Assembly: GCA_965267575.1 (NCBI GenBank)
Contig: OZ254086.1
Coordinates: 4,128,001-4,192,000 of the forward strand
DNA: 64,000 nt
Direction: 5' to 3'
Source: Calditrichales bacterium
GTDB lineage: Bacteria; Calditrichota; Calditrichia; Calditrichales; J004
Position 1 is the first letter of the stretch, and every line of letters begins with the position of its first letter. The notes under the pieces are model-generated. The model made no database searches. It saw only the letters and a program-made list of their open reading frames with translations, and was not told where the DNA came from. A program made the translations under genes and the position numbers. Positions 49,001 to 58,312 of this stretch are shown here, piece by piece.

Positions 49001-52000
49001 GATGGTGCGCGAAGATGTCCCCGGCGACAAGCGTCTGGTGGGATACGTGGTTGCGGACGATGGAGAAAAACTCAACACCGGAAAACTGCGCGATGCCCTT
49101 AAAAAATCACTGCCGGAGTACATGGTGCCGGCGGCTATTGTTGCAATCGACGCCATACCATTGACAGCCAACGGAAAGGTTGACCGCCGCGCCCTGCCCA
49201 AACCGGAATTGGACCGCGACGCGCTACAGGCCGAGTTTGTGGCACCGCAAAGTGACGATGAAAAACGTATGGCTGCGATCTGGCAGGAGTTGCTGGGCCA
49301 CGAAAAAATCGGCCTGAACGATAATTTCTTTGAAATGGGCGGGCACTCGTTGCTTGCGACGCAGCTTATGGCGCGCATCCGTGACCGTTTTGACGCGGAG
49401 CTCCCGCTGCAGGAGCTTTTTGAAGCGCCCACCATCAGTCAGTTACTGCCACGCTTGGAAATTGCCGGTCAGCAGGAACAAATCAAGCGTCCGCCGCTGC
49501 AGCCCGTTGATCACGGTGGCGATATTCCATTGTCTTTCAGCCAGCAAAGGCTGTGGTTTTTGGATCAGCTTAACCCGGGCAGCCCCAACTACAACATCCC
49601 CAGCGCCTTTCGCGTAGAAGGCGCGCTTGATCTGGAGATCCTGCAGCGTGTTGTTAATGAAATCATCGATCGCCATGAGGTTTTGCGCAGCCGTTTTGAA
49701 AGTGTGGCCGGCAAACCGAGGGTTATCGTTGCGAAAAAAATAGATTACAACATTCCGGTTCAGGATTTAAGCACGCTTTCGAATGCCGGGCAGGAAGAGC
49801 GCGTGCGCAATCTGGCCGGACGTGATGCCGTGACCCCGTTTGAATTGGATAAAGCACCCCTGTTCCGTGCGCGCGTTTTCAAACTGGGTGCGCGTGAATA
49901 TGTCATTTTGCTCAACATGCACCACATCATCTCCGACGGCTGGAGCACCTCCGTGATGCTGCGCGAGATCGCTGTATTATACGACGCCTTTTTGAATGGC
50001 CGACCGTCACCGCTTGATCCGTTGCCTGTGCAATACAGCGATTACGCCGCCTGGCAGCGCTCCTGGCTGAAAGATGATGTGCTGCGAAAACAGCTCGATT
50101 TCTGGAAAGAAAAACTGGGTCAGGACCCGCCGCCGCTGGATATGCCGACCGATTTCCCAAGACCGCCCGTGCAGACTTTTAACGGAGCCGTCGTTTCCGC
50201 CGAGCTGGACAAAGAGCTTTTTGCAAAGGTGAACGAAATCTCCGGCCGCCACAAAGCGACGCCTTTTATGGCGCTGCTGGCCGCATGGCAGGTGTTACTG
50301 CACAAATACAGCGGACAAGATGACATCTACGTAGGCTCGCCCATCGCCAACCGCACCCATTCGGAAACGGAAGCGCTGATCGGCTTTTTTGTTAACACGC
50401 TGGTGCTGCGGGCTTCGCTGGATGGCGCCATGACCTTTGACGAAATCGTGCAACAGGTACGCGCCTTTACGCTTGGCGCCTATGCCCACCAGGATGTGCC
50501 CTTTGAGCAGCTTGTGGATGAATTGACCACGGAGCGCAGCATGAGCCGATCGCCGCTGTTCCAGGTGATGTTTGTGCTGCAGAATCAGGACAATCGTAAC
50601 GGCGTTGAGCTTCCTTCATTGCAGATTAAGCCGCTTGGCGCAGATGCCCAGACCGCCAAATTCGACCTGACCCTGATGATCATCGATTCCGGCGATGGTT
50701 TTTATGCCGAGCTGGAGTATAACACCGACCTGCACCGCGAAGAAACAGCGCAACGATTGCTGAAGCATTACCGGCAGCTTCTTGCAAATCTGCTTGAAAA
50801 CGCTGCTGTACCTTTGGGGCAGATTGTTTTAACGGATGATGAAGAGACAAAGCAGGTCACCCGCGGCTGGAATGAGACAGACCGAAAATATCCGTCGAAC
50901 AAATGCGCCCACACCTGGTTTGAACAAGTAGCCGAAAAATATAGCTCCAAAGAAGCGCTGATTTTCGAAGAACAATCACTGACATTTGCGGAATTGAACA
51001 CGGCCGCCAACAGGCTGGCCCATTTCCTGCTTCAAAAAGGGGTTACGCCGGAAAGCTATATCGGTATCTCGCTGCAGCGTTCGCCGCGCATGGTAATCGC
51101 GCTGCTGGCAGTGTTGAAAGCCGGCGCCGTTTACGTGCCCATTGATCCGGCCTATCCGCAGGAGCGCATAAGCTATATTCTGGATGATGCCGGCATGGCA
51201 CTGCTATTGACCGATGGCAGTATCGAAGCACCCGCCGCCGCGGAAACGATCAATCTGCGTGAATTGGATACATCTGACCTGCCTCAAGGAAATCCGTCAG
51301 TTAACGTTTCGCCGGAGAACCTGGCTTACATGATTTATACATCCGGCTCCACGGGCCGGCCCAAAGGCACCATGGTGCGCCACCGCGGCCTGTGCAACCT
51401 CAGCGCCTTCCAGATCCGCGATTTTGAGCTGGACGACACCTGCCGCTGCCTGCAGTTTGCCAGCTTTAGTTTTGATGCTTCGGTCTCCGAAATTTTTACA
51501 ACACTGCTCAGCGGGGCTACCCTTATTCTGGGCAGCAAAGATCAGCTTATGCCCGGCCCCGGGCTGGTGCGTCTGTTAAAGGAGCGGGCGGTCACAACCG
51601 TGACCCTGCCGCCGTCGGTAAGCAGTGTTTTGCGGGATGAAGAGTTTCCCGATCTGCGCGTGCTTGTTTCCGCCGGAGAAGCTTTGCCGCCGGAACTGGC
51701 CAACCACTGGCGCAAAGGGCGTCGCTTGCTGAATGCCTACGGCCCGACTGAAAACACGGTCTGCGCCAGCAGTTTTGTGGTGGAAAATAAAATACAAGAT
51801 TCCGCCGTGCCTATCGGAAGGCCCATTGCCAACGTGCAGCTTTATGTCGTGGATGCGTTTCTGAATCCGCTGCCCGCAGGCGTGCCCGGGGAGTTGTGTA
51901 TTGCCGGTGACAGCCTTGCCCGCGGTTACCACAACAAGCCTGATCTGACGGCTGAAAAATTTGTGCCCAATCCTTTCAGTGAAAAACCGGGAGCACGCAT

Positions 52001-55000
52001 GTACCGCAGCGGTGACCGCGCGCGCTGGCTGGCCGACGGGACGCTGGAATTCCTGGGCCGCATCGACGAGCAGGTGAAGCTGCGCGGTTTCCGCATTGAG
52101 CCGGGCGAGATTGAGCACGTGCTGCGTGAAGATGAAACCGTGCAGGACGCTTTGGTGATGGTGCGCGAAGACCGGCCCGGCAACCCGTTGCTTTGTGCGT
52201 ATGTCATTTCGCAGGCTGAGACATCCGCGGAATTCCTGGAAGGATTGTGCCGCAGGCACCTGACGGACTACATGGTTCCACAAGCTTTTATATTTATTGA
52301 TGCCTTCCCGCTGACACCCAACGGCAAAATCGATAGACGCGCCCTGCCCGCTCCGCAACGTGACCGCGCACGCAGCAGCGCCGAATTTGTGGCCCCACGC
52401 AATGAGGCTGAGGAAAAACTGGCCGCCATCTGGCGTGACGTGCTGGGCGTTGAAAAAATCGGTATTTACGATAGCTTCTTTGAACTGGGCGGACATTCGC
52501 TTCTTGCCACGCAGGTGATTTCACGCATCCGCAGCGAGCTGGATGCTGTGCTGGAACTGCGCCAGCTATTTGAACAACCGACGATCGCCGCTTTGATGCC
52601 GCAAATTGAGCTGGCAGCGGCCCAGACACGGCATAATGAGCCGATACCCAAAGCTGACCGCGACAAGCCTTTAGCGCTTTCCTATGCCCAGCAGCGTCTC
52701 TTTTTCCTGGATCACCTGACGCCGGACAACCCGACCTACAACATGCCTTCGGCGCTGCGCCTGAAAGGCCGGCTGGATCAGGGGGCTTTCCGCGAAGCGC
52801 TGAACAGACTGGTAAAACGTCATGAATCGTTGCGTACCACATTTACGATGGAAGACGGTGAGCCGCGACAAGTCATTCAACAAAATACGCAGGCGGACCT
52901 GGATGAAGTGGATCTAACCCACCTTGCCAAAGAAGAGCGCGAACAGGAGGCGCGGGAACTGGCACAGGATGACGCGCTCCAGCCCTTCAACCTGGAAAAA
53001 GGCCCGCTTTTCCGCGCACGCCTGATCCGTCTGCATGAAGACGATCACCTGTTGCTGTTTAATATGCACCACATTATTTCCGACGGCTGGTCGGTGACAG
53101 TGCTCATCCGCGAATTCAGCATGCTGTATGACGCCATCAGCCAGGGTGCGGACGTGCAGCTTGGGCCGCTGGAAGTTCAGTATGCCGATTTTGCCCAGTG
53201 GCAGCGCGGCTGGCTGAGCGGAGAAGAGCTGCAGCGCCAGACGCAATACTGGAAAAAAGAGATCGGTATAAATCCCGAACCGCTGGAACTGCCTCTTGAT
53301 CATCCGCGGCCGGCCGTGCAAACCACAAACGGCGCCAGCCTGGAAATGCATATTGATGCCGGCATCGCCAACCGGCTAAAAGAAATAAGCCGCGAGAACG
53401 GCGCTACACTTTACATGACGCTTTTGGCAGCTTTTCAGTCGTTGCTGCACAAATACAGCGCCCAGGATAACATTCTCGTCGGTTCGCCGATTGCCAACCG
53501 CACGCGCAAAGAAACAGAAAAAATCATCGGATTTTTTGTAAATACCCTGGTGCTTAAGGCCCGCTTTGATGACGACCCGGATTTTCAAGGATTGCTTGGC
53601 CAGGTCCGCCAAACAACGCTGAACGCCTACGCGCACCAGGACCTGCCCTTTGAGCAGCTTGTCGAAACACTGCAGCCTGAACGCGACATGAGCCATTCAC
53701 CGATTTTCCAGACCATGTTTGTCTGGCAAAATACGCCGGGTATCAGCAATGCCACGGGCTTTGGCGACCTGACAATCGAACCCGTTGAGGCGGAAAGCAA
53801 AACGGCGAAGTACGATCTGTCGCTGATCATGATGGAAGAGGGTGAAGGTCTGCTGGCCGAATTTGAGTACAACAGTGACCTTTTTGAACCGGCCACTATC
53901 CGGCGCATGCAGCGTCATTTTAACGCATTGCTTGGCTGGATTTGCGAAAACCGTGAACGTCCGCTGAGCCGCTTTGAGCTGGCCGGGGAAGAAGACAAAA
54001 AACAGATCGCCGCCTGGAATGAAACCGCCGTTGCCCTGCCCCGCGTTGAATCGGTGATCGGGCTTTTCGAGCAGCGGGTAACTCAAACACCCAAAGCGAC
54101 GGCCATCGTTTTTGAGAAGGAAAAACTGACCTTTTTCGAGCTTAACCGGAAAGCCAACGCATTGGCCTGGTCATTAAAAGATCGGGGTGTGCAAGCGGAA
54201 ACGCTGGTCGGCATTTCATTAAAACGATCACCGCAAATGGTGATTGGCCTGCTGGCTGTGATGAAAGCGGGCGGCGTCTACGTGCCTATCGATCCCGACT
54301 ATCCGGCGGAGCGTAAACGCTACATTATGGAAGATGCCGGCATTAGCCTTCTGCTTGGCGATGGTACAATCGACCCAAAAGATGTGGCCGATACTGTACA
54401 CATATTGAACGTTTCCGATAATAGCGCCGGTGGCCGCACGGAGAATCCGCCGGCCGGACAGAAAGCAGAGAACCTGGCCTACATGATCTACACATCGGGC
54501 TCCACGGGCAGACCCAAAGGCACCATGGTGACACATAAGGGCCTTATAAACCTGACCCTTGAGCAAATCAAGGATTTTCGCCTGGATGAAAAGAGCCGCT
54601 GTCTGCAGTTTGCCTCATTCAGTTTTGACGCCTCCGTTTCCGAGATTTTCACTACGCTGGTCAGCGGCGCCACGCTTTACCTGCTGCCGCGGGAAGTTAT
54701 TCTTTCAGGCAGCGGGCTGGTAAAATCATTAAAGCAGGAAAGAATCACCACCATCACCCTGCCGCCGTCGCTGCTGGCGGTGCTTAAAGACGAGGAATTG
54801 CCGCACCTGACGTCGCTGGTTTCTGCCGGCGAGGCGCTGCCCGCTGACCTGGCGCGGCAATGGTGCAAAGGGCGCCATATGCTCAATGCTTACGGGCCTA
54901 CTGAAAACACCGTTTGTGCTTCACGCTTTTTTATCGGCGATCGCTTTGACGGCAGGCGTGTGCCCGTTGGCCGTCCCATCGGCAATGTGCAGCTGTACGT

Positions 55001-56597
55001 AGTGGACGAAGCGCTTAACCTGCTGCCGGCGGGCGTGGCCGGCGAACTGTGCATTGCCGGCGAGAGCCTGGCCCGCGGCTACCACAAGCGGCCCGCGCTG
55101 ACTGCGGAAAAATTTGTACCCAATCCCTTCAGCAATAAAGCCGGGGCGCGCATGTACTGCACCGGAGACCGCGCCCGCTACCTGGCCGATGGCAATATCG
55201 AATTTCTGGGACGTGTCGACCGGCAGCTCAAAGTACGCGGCTTCCGCATCGAGCCGGGTGAAATAGAAAGCCGCCTGCGCCAGATGGCTGGCATAAGGGA
55301 GGCTGTCGTAAATACCATCAAGACCGGCGGTGAAGCGCTTCTTGCCGCCTGGGTAACGACGGACGGAGCGGCAAAAGACGAAGCAGAGATCAAAAAAATC
55401 CTCGCGCAAGAACTGCCGGACTACATGGTACCGGTGGCCATAACCAAGCTTGAAGAGATTCCACTGACCGCCAATGGCAAAGTGGACCTTAGCGCGTTGC
55501 CGCAACCAAAACAAACTCAGGCTGAAGAAAAAGGAAGAATAGCCCCACGGACACCGCTGGAAGGACGCCTGCTGGATATCTGGAAAAAGGCCCTCGGCGT
55601 GAAGGAGGCCGGTGTGCGTGATAATTTCTTCGAGATGGGAGGCCACTCGCTGATGGCCATGAAACTGATGAACGAAGTGGAAAAAAGCTTCGACAAGGAT
55701 ATCACGCTGGTCAGCTTCTTCAAAGAGCCGACGGTTGAGGGCCTGGCCAGGGCTATCGAACGCGACATGCCGGATGGCAGCGGCGTCATGCTGATACCGC
55801 TGGCAAAGGGCGACAAAGACAAGGCAGCGGTATTCTTTGTTCACCCGTCCGGCGGCGCCGTGCACCACTACAAAGAACTGGCCGGGCTAATAGAGACCGA
55901 CCAACCGGTTTATGGCATCCAGGCGCAGGGTCTGGACGGCAAGATGCCATTGCATACATCGATTGAAGAGATGGCTTCAGCATATATCAGCGCCATCCGA
56001 CGTATTCAGCCTGAAGGGCCTTACTTTATCGGGAGCTGGTCTTTTGGCGTGATCATATCTTACGAGATGGCGCGACAACTGGAATCGATGGGAGAGAAAA
56101 CCGCAGCACTGATCCAGCTTGACCAGGGACCTTTTATTTACCACAAGCGGCCGGAAGATACGGCGGCTATGCTGGCCGATATGTTTAAGCGCTACTTCAA
56201 AGTTGATGTGGAACAATTACGCGCGCTGGAAGAAGAAGAACAATTTAGAACCGTTCTGAAAAGAGCGCGCCGCGCCAAGGTGATACCGCGCTTTGTGCGC
56301 CTTAACGATTTCCGGCGCTATATAACCGTCAACGAAACACAGCTGACCGCCTGGAAAGATTATCAGCACAAACCTTACAACGGAGACCTGCTGCTGTTTC
56401 GGTCGGGAGAAAACGCTAATCACCGCGACGGCGACGATCTTGGCTGGGGCCGCATTATGAATGGTGATATAAAGATTATAGACGTTCCGGGAGACCATAT
56501 CAGCATGATCCGGGAGCCGCAGGTTAAAGACCTTGCTTCCGAAATAAGCGCTATTCTGGAACGAATTCTTAAAGCAGAAAGCAGCGATCAAAGTTGA
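43041..56597 (+). CDS. Terminal NRPS C-A(Orn-like)-PCP-C-A(Asn)-PCP-C-A(Tyr)-PCP-C-A(Tyr)-PCP-TE
   Basis: Four C/A/PCP sets. Codes DVGEIGSID(K), DATKVGEVG(K) and DASTVAAVC(K) twice. TE: FFVHPSGG, GSWSFG, PGDH. Confidence 0.96.
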   Translation: MPNNTIETAEQEVFIFPTSFAQRRLWFLDQFEPGSPFYNIPTAVRIKGNLDVDALADTIDEIVFRQESLRTTFDSENGEPVQVIHPEMTCPLKVVDLSHLADKERDKEALRLANNEARTPFDLKTGPLFRSTLLVLSSNKYMMLVTMHHIISDGWSVGVFMREVAAIYDAFSRDQDSPLPELEIQYADFTNWQREWLKDDVLEKQLDYWKQKLGMNVPVLELPTDKPRPAVQSSRGATLMLHIPEEIKQAQLQLSRKEGITPFMSYLTAFYMLLQRWSSQEDICVGTPIANRTQRETEAIIGFFVNTLVLRNDLSGDPSFRELGQRVRKMTLDAYAHQDLPFEMLVETVQPERSMSHSPLFQVMFILQNATGGGAAQQDGNGQSDIIMEQVQVDAGTSTFDLTISLSEQNDGISASLEFCTDLFEKETMERFLRQYREMLRQTAANPDTALSAIDFLDEDEKNKILVEWNNTDAQYDHHICMHTLVEAHADREPNSIAVAYRGTYLSYAELNSRANKLARYLRDKGVGVEIPVGIVLEKSPDLMVAVLAVLKSGGGYVPMDPDYPQDRLAHMISDSATPLLITREELLPRLPENNAEIICLDKEDDAISSYDGSNPKPLSGPHNMAYMIYTSGTTGQAKGTIISHKSWVNSYFAWENAYELKTRCRSHLQMANFSFDVFAGDTIRALGSGGKMTLIPRDILLNAGQLYEQILKEKVTIAEFVPAVLRNLVAHLDEIGKDLSFMRCLIAGSDAWYVGEYQQFLDYCGPETRLINSFGLTEASIDTTYFEAAGLNLPKDRLVPIGRVFSKMSVYIVDANLRPQPIGVPGEICVGGEGLARGYHKRPSLTAEKFVPNPFAAQNGERMYRTGDRGRFLNDGNIEFLGRMDHQVKLRGFRIELGEIESSLGRHKQVEQCAVIVREDTPGDKRLVAYFVPEDPQQQPDRMELRRFLLEKLPDYMVPNAFVTIQKVPLTPNGKVDRKALPRPDASAFGSEAEYVAPRSEDEKKLAGIYAEVLKLEKVGVTSNFFDLGGHSLLATQLVSRIRDAFDMDIPLRNIFEFPTIAALAERLEIARRGQTGVQAPPIMAVSRQQQLPLSFSQQRLWFLEQLAPGTANYNIPEAARIRGTLDPAILQRCLDAIIDRHENLRTNFENDNGQPRLVIHDERQLPIEFFDLRDIAKAAREEKAMEIARSFARTVLNLAEGPLMRAGLVQLADREFFFLLTSHHIISDDWSTQVFIRELAVLYDAYSNDEKPALPPLPVQYADFAHWQQNWLSGEILDAQLNYWKETLSETPAVLELPTDKPRPRVQSINGDYKTFYLTAEQSERVSRFTRDHGATMFMTLMAVFEALLYRYSAQERFNVGTPIANRNRAEVEPLIGFFVNTLVMNADLRGEPTFLELLQRVRETALGAYAHQDLPFEKIVDALHLERDLSRSPLFQVMFVLQSAAPTESNAGDRESELEISPIESHMGTSKFDLTLFMVDDGKQLSGALEYNTDLFGEQTISRLLQYFERLLMAVVSQPHRRIESIPLTTPAETDALLQTLNHTWQAQPLPFGHVLDMLAQNAQTYAEKTALVFGDEEISYDELNRRSNRLAHYLLANGAGPDMLIGLCFERHPQMVLALLAVLKAGAAYVPLDPAYPQERLAYMIGDSGMKLLLAHDATVGKLPQTQNVALLNVDDLNETVQKQPDGNPAVAIDAQHLAYMIYTSGSTGRPKGTMISHGGLIHYLSWTKQAYPLDEGRGSLLHSTIAFDATVTALYTPLLTGKSITLAAADDDLQALGNTLVRHGDFNVVKITPAHLDLLSHQLEPAQAAGLTRAFVIGGENLDAAQIAFWRKHAPRTHLFNEYGPTETVVGCVVFDARAWDGAGSVPIGRAIPGSPVYVLDAQMQPLPPGVPGELYIGGNGVARGYHGRAALTADRFVPDPFSGQPGARMYKTGDLVRWLNSEQLIFLGRIDEQVKIRGYRIELGEIEAALAELKGVRDSVVMVREDVPGDKRLVGYVVADDGEKLNTGKLRDALKKSLPEYMVPAAIVAIDAIPLTANGKVDRRALPKPELDRDALQAEFVAPQSDDEKRMAAIWQELLGHEKIGLNDNFFEMGGHSLLATQLMARIRDRFDAELPLQELFEAPTISQLLPRLEIAGQQEQIKRPPLQPVDHGGDIPLSFSQQRLWFLDQLNPGSPNYNIPSAFRVEGALDLEILQRVVNEIIDRHEVLRSRFESVAGKPRVIVAKKIDYNIPVQDLSTLSNAGQEERVRNLAGRDAVTPFELDKAPLFRARVFKLGAREYVILLNMHHIISDGWSTSVMLREIAVLYDAFLNGRPSPLDPLPVQYSDYAAWQRSWLKDDVLRKQLDFWKEKLGQDPPPLDMPTDFPRPPVQTFNGAVVSAELDKELFAKVNEISGRHKATPFMALLAAWQVLLHKYSGQDDIYVGSPIANRTHSETEALIGFFVNTLVLRASLDGAMTFDEIVQQVRAFTLGAYAHQDVPFEQLVDELTTERSMSRSPLFQVMFVLQNQDNRNGVELPSLQIKPLGADAQTAKFDLTLMIIDSGDGFYAELEYNTDLHREETAQRLLKHYRQLLANLLENAAVPLGQIVLTDDEETKQVTRGWNETDRKYPSNKCAHTWFEQVAEKYSSKEALIFEEQSLTFAELNTAANRLAHFLLQKGVTPESYIGISLQRSPRMVIALLAVLKAGAVYVPIDPAYPQERISYILDDAGMALLLTDGSIEAPAAAETINLRELDTSDLPQGNPSVNVSPENLAYMIYTSGSTGRPKGTMVRHRGLCNLSAFQIRDFELDDTCRCLQFASFSFDASVSEIFTTLLSGATLILGSKDQLMPGPGLVRLLKERAVTTVTLPPSVSSVLRDEEFPDLRVLVSAGEALPPELANHWRKGRRLLNAYGPTENTVCASSFVVENKIQDSAVPIGRPIANVQLYVVDAFLNPLPAGVPGELCIAGDSLARGYHNKPDLTAEKFVPNPFSEKPGARMYRSGDRARWLADGTLEFLGRIDEQVKLRGFRIEPGEIEHVLREDETVQDALVMVREDRPGNPLLCAYVISQAETSAEFLEGLCRRHLTDYMVPQAFIFIDAFPLTPNGKIDRRALPAPQRDRARSSAEFVAPRNEAEEKLAAIWRDVLGVEKIGIYDSFFELGGHSLLATQVISRIRSELDAVLELRQLFEQPTIAALMPQIELAAAQTRHNEPIPKADRDKPLALSYAQQRLFFLDHLTPDNPTYNMPSALRLKGRLDQGAFREALNRLVKRHESLRTTFTMEDGEPRQVIQQNTQADLDEVDLTHLAKEEREQEARELAQDDALQPFNLEKGPLFRARLIRLHEDDHLLLFNMHHIISDGWSVTVLIREFSMLYDAISQGADVQLGPLEVQYADFAQWQRGWLSGEELQRQTQYWKKEIGINPEPLELPLDHPRPAVQTTNGASLEMHIDAGIANRLKEISRENGATLYMTLLAAFQSLLHKYSAQDNILVGSPIANRTRKETEKIIGFFVNTLVLKARFDDDPDFQGLLGQVRQTTLNAYAHQDLPFEQLVETLQPERDMSHSPIFQTMFVWQNTPGISNATGFGDLTIEPVEAESKTAKYDLSLIMMEEGEGLLAEFEYNSDLFEPATIRRMQRHFNALLGWICENRERPLSRFELAGEEDKKQIAAWNETAVALPRVESVIGLFEQRVTQTPKATAIVFEKEKLTFFELNRKANALAWSLKDRGVQAETLVGISLKRSPQMVIGLLAVMKAGGVYVPIDPDYPAERKRYIMEDAGISLLLGDGTIDPKDVADTVHILNVSDNSAGGRTENPPAGQKAENLAYMIYTSGSTGRPKGTMVTHKGLINLTLEQIKDFRLDEKSRCLQFASFSFDASVSEIFTTLVSGATLYLLPREVILSGSGLVKSLKQERITTITLPPSLLAVLKDEELPHLTSLVSAGEALPADLARQWCKGRHMLNAYGPTENTVCASRFFIGDRFDGRRVPVGRPIGNVQLYVVDEALNLLPAGVAGELCIAGESLARGYHKRPALTAEKFVPNPFSNKAGARMYCTGDRARYLADGNIEFLGRVDRQLKVRGFRIEPGEIESRLRQMAGIREAVVNTIKTGGEALLAAWVTTDGAAKDEAEIKKILAQELPDYMVPVAITKLEEIPLTANGKVDLSALPQPKQTQAEEKGRIAPRTPLEGRLLDIWKKALGVKEAGVRDNFFEMGGHSLMAMKLMNEVEKSFDKDITLVSFFKEPTVEGLARAIERDMPDGSGVMLIPLAKGDKDKAAVFFVHPSGGAVHHYKELAGLIETDQPVYGIQAQGLDGKMPLHTSIEEMASAYISAIRRIQPEGPYFIGSWSFGVIISYEMARQLESMGEKTAALIQLDQGPFIYHKRPEDTAAMLADMFKRYFKVDVEQLRALEEEEQFRTVLKRARRAKVIPRFVRLNDFRRYITVNETQLTAWKDYQHKPYNGDLLLFRSGENANHRDGDDLGWGRIMNGDIKIIDVPGDHISMIREPQVKDLASEISAILERILKAESSDQS
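47667..48961 (+). repeat. Copy 2 of the 1295-bp near-identical direct repeat (Asn A-core)
   Basis: Runs from ACCCTTAACCACACCTGG to GAAATTGAGGC, matching 32585-33879. Confidence 0.95.
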
Positions 56598-56645
56598 ACG
56601 CGAAAGCAGGCTGGGCTAAATTGATTGCTTTAAACGGGATTAGAG

Positions 56646-58076
56646 ATGTCTAAAAATAAGTCGCCAATGCAGGGTGAAACTCGCCGCCCTGAAATTCAGG
56701 AGAACAACATTGAAAAATTTTTCAATCGTGATTATCTCCTGCTGTATCAAGGGCAGTTTGTAAGTCGCCTGGGTAACGTTGTTTATTCAATCGCGATCGC
56801 CATATGGATTAAGGAAATCACCGGATCCGGTACGATCATGGGACTCTTCTATGCTTCCACCGGAATACCGCTTGTTTTAATGAGCGCGTTCGGTGGGGCC
56901 GTGGCGGACCGTTTTTCACGCAAAAAAATAATTGTTGGCGCCGATACCATTATTGGCGTGGCGATGTTATTGCTCGCCGGATTGCTTTATTATAAAGCGG
57001 GCAGCCCTTCTCTGCTTGTGGGCGCCGTCTTTGGTGTCGGCATAATGGCTTCCGCTATCAGGGCCTTTTTCGGACCGGCCATTTCTGCCGCCATTCCGGA
57101 CATCGTCCCAACGCGAAATATCAGCACGGCTAATTCGATGTCCAATCTTTCGGACAAGGTATCGCAGCTTGTTGGTAATTTCTTCGGTCCGGTTCTGTTT
57201 AATATCATCGGTTTGCCCTTAACCGTTTTGGTCAACGCCATAACCTATCTGTTTTCGGCTTTTTCGGAATCATTTATCAAAATACCGCAGCGCATACCTG
57301 AGAAGGCCAAGGGTTATAAGGAATACGCCGTTGCCTTCAAAGCCGATATTAAGGAAGGCTTAAATTATATCCGCACCAACCCCGGTCTCTATAAATTACT
57401 GATGCTTTCAATCATTACCGGCTTTTTTGTTGCGCCGATTACTCCGCTCATCATCTTTTATGTTACTGAATTTCTCAAACTGGAAAACCAATGGTTCGGC
57501 TATTTTCTGGTTGCCTTTGGAGTAGGAGCTTTGGTTGGTGCATTTATTGTTGGCATTTTCAGCATTGACGGTAAAACACGAATGCGTTTTGTAATCCTGT
57601 TTCTGATCCTTGAGGGTACAGGCTATGTGCTATTGCCGCAGGTAACTAATACGATGCAGGGACTGGGGCTGTTTTTTATTGGCGGCGTAATGAACGGGTT
57701 CACAACAGTATCCATTTTCACAATAATGCAGGTCACCACGCCGTCGGAAATAAGGGGTCGTGTTTTTGGCACATTAACGACTTTGGCCGGGGCCATTGTA
57801 CCGCTTGGCAGTGCTCTTGGCGGTGTACTGTACGATATATTCGATAAAAACATAATGCCCATCTACACGATTTCGGGATCAGTAATGATAAGCGTTGTTA
57901 TAATATTCTCTTTCAGCTACAATTTCCGGCAGTTCATGTCCTATCAGGTGCGGCCGCAAAAAGCGGTAAAGACAGGTTTTACCTATAAAATGGAAGTAAA
58001 ACACAAAGACGAAATTCTCTCCCAACGGGAGCGTCATTTGGAAGAACAACTCAAAAAAACAAGGAGCGACATATGA
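56646..58076 (+). CDS. MFS transporter (DHA3/macrolide-efflux-like), probable exporter
   Basis: Multiple hydrophobic segments, motif [23 protein letters not shown], and [14 protein letters not shown]. Confidence 0.9.
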   Translation: MSKNKSPMQGETRRPEIQENNIEKFFNRDYLLLYQGQFVSRLGNVVYSIAIAIWIKEITGSGTIMGLFYASTGIPLVLMSAFGGAVADRFSRKKIIVGADTIIGVAMLLLAGLLYYKAGSPSLLVGAVFGVGIMASAIRAFFGPAISAAIPDIVPTRNISTANSMSNLSDKVSQLVGNFFGPVLFNIIGLPLTVLVNAITYLFSAFSESFIKIPQRIPEKAKGYKEYAVAFKADIKEGLNYIRTNPGLYKLLMLSIITGFFVAPITPLIIFYVTEFLKLENQWFGYFLVAFGVGALVGAFIVGIFSIDGKTRMRFVILFLILEGTGYVLLPQVTNTMQGLGLFFIGGVMNGFTTVSIFTIMQVTTPSEIRGRVFGTLTTLAGAIVPLGSALGGVLYDIFDKNIMPIYTISGSVMISVVIIFSFSYNFRQFMSYQVRPQKAVKTGFTYKMEVKHKDEILSQRERHLEEQLKKTRSDI

Positions 58077-58300
58077 GCGAAGAACGCGAAGATAAGACGA
58101 TTTACAAAGTGGTGCTCAATCATGAAGAGCAATACAGCATCTGGCCGGCTGACCGGGAAAATGCCCTGGGCTGGCGTGATGAAGGAAAAACGGGCACCAA
58201 GCAGGAGTGCCTGGACTATATCGATAAGGTATGGACGGATATGCGCCCGCTGAGCCTGCGCAAAAAAATGGAAGAAATGGAAAAAGAAAAGAAAAAATAG
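58073..58300 (+). CDS. mbtH: MbtH-like protein
   Basis: [36 protein letters not shown] overlap with the MFS gene and AAGGAG upstream. Confidence 0.97.
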   Translation: MSEEREDKTIYKVVLNHEEQYSIWPADRENALGWRDEGKTGTKQECLDYIDKVWTDMRPLSLRKKMEEMEKEKKK

Positions 58301-58312
58301 AACAGGATTCTT

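Noticed and set aside
1..56597. Assignment to a known family (iturin, tyrocidine, cyanopeptolin, puwainaphycin)
   Set aside because: Asn/Gln/Tyr/Orn content overlaps, but module number, order, PKS placement and ST position do not match as I recall them. No gene symbols were assigned.
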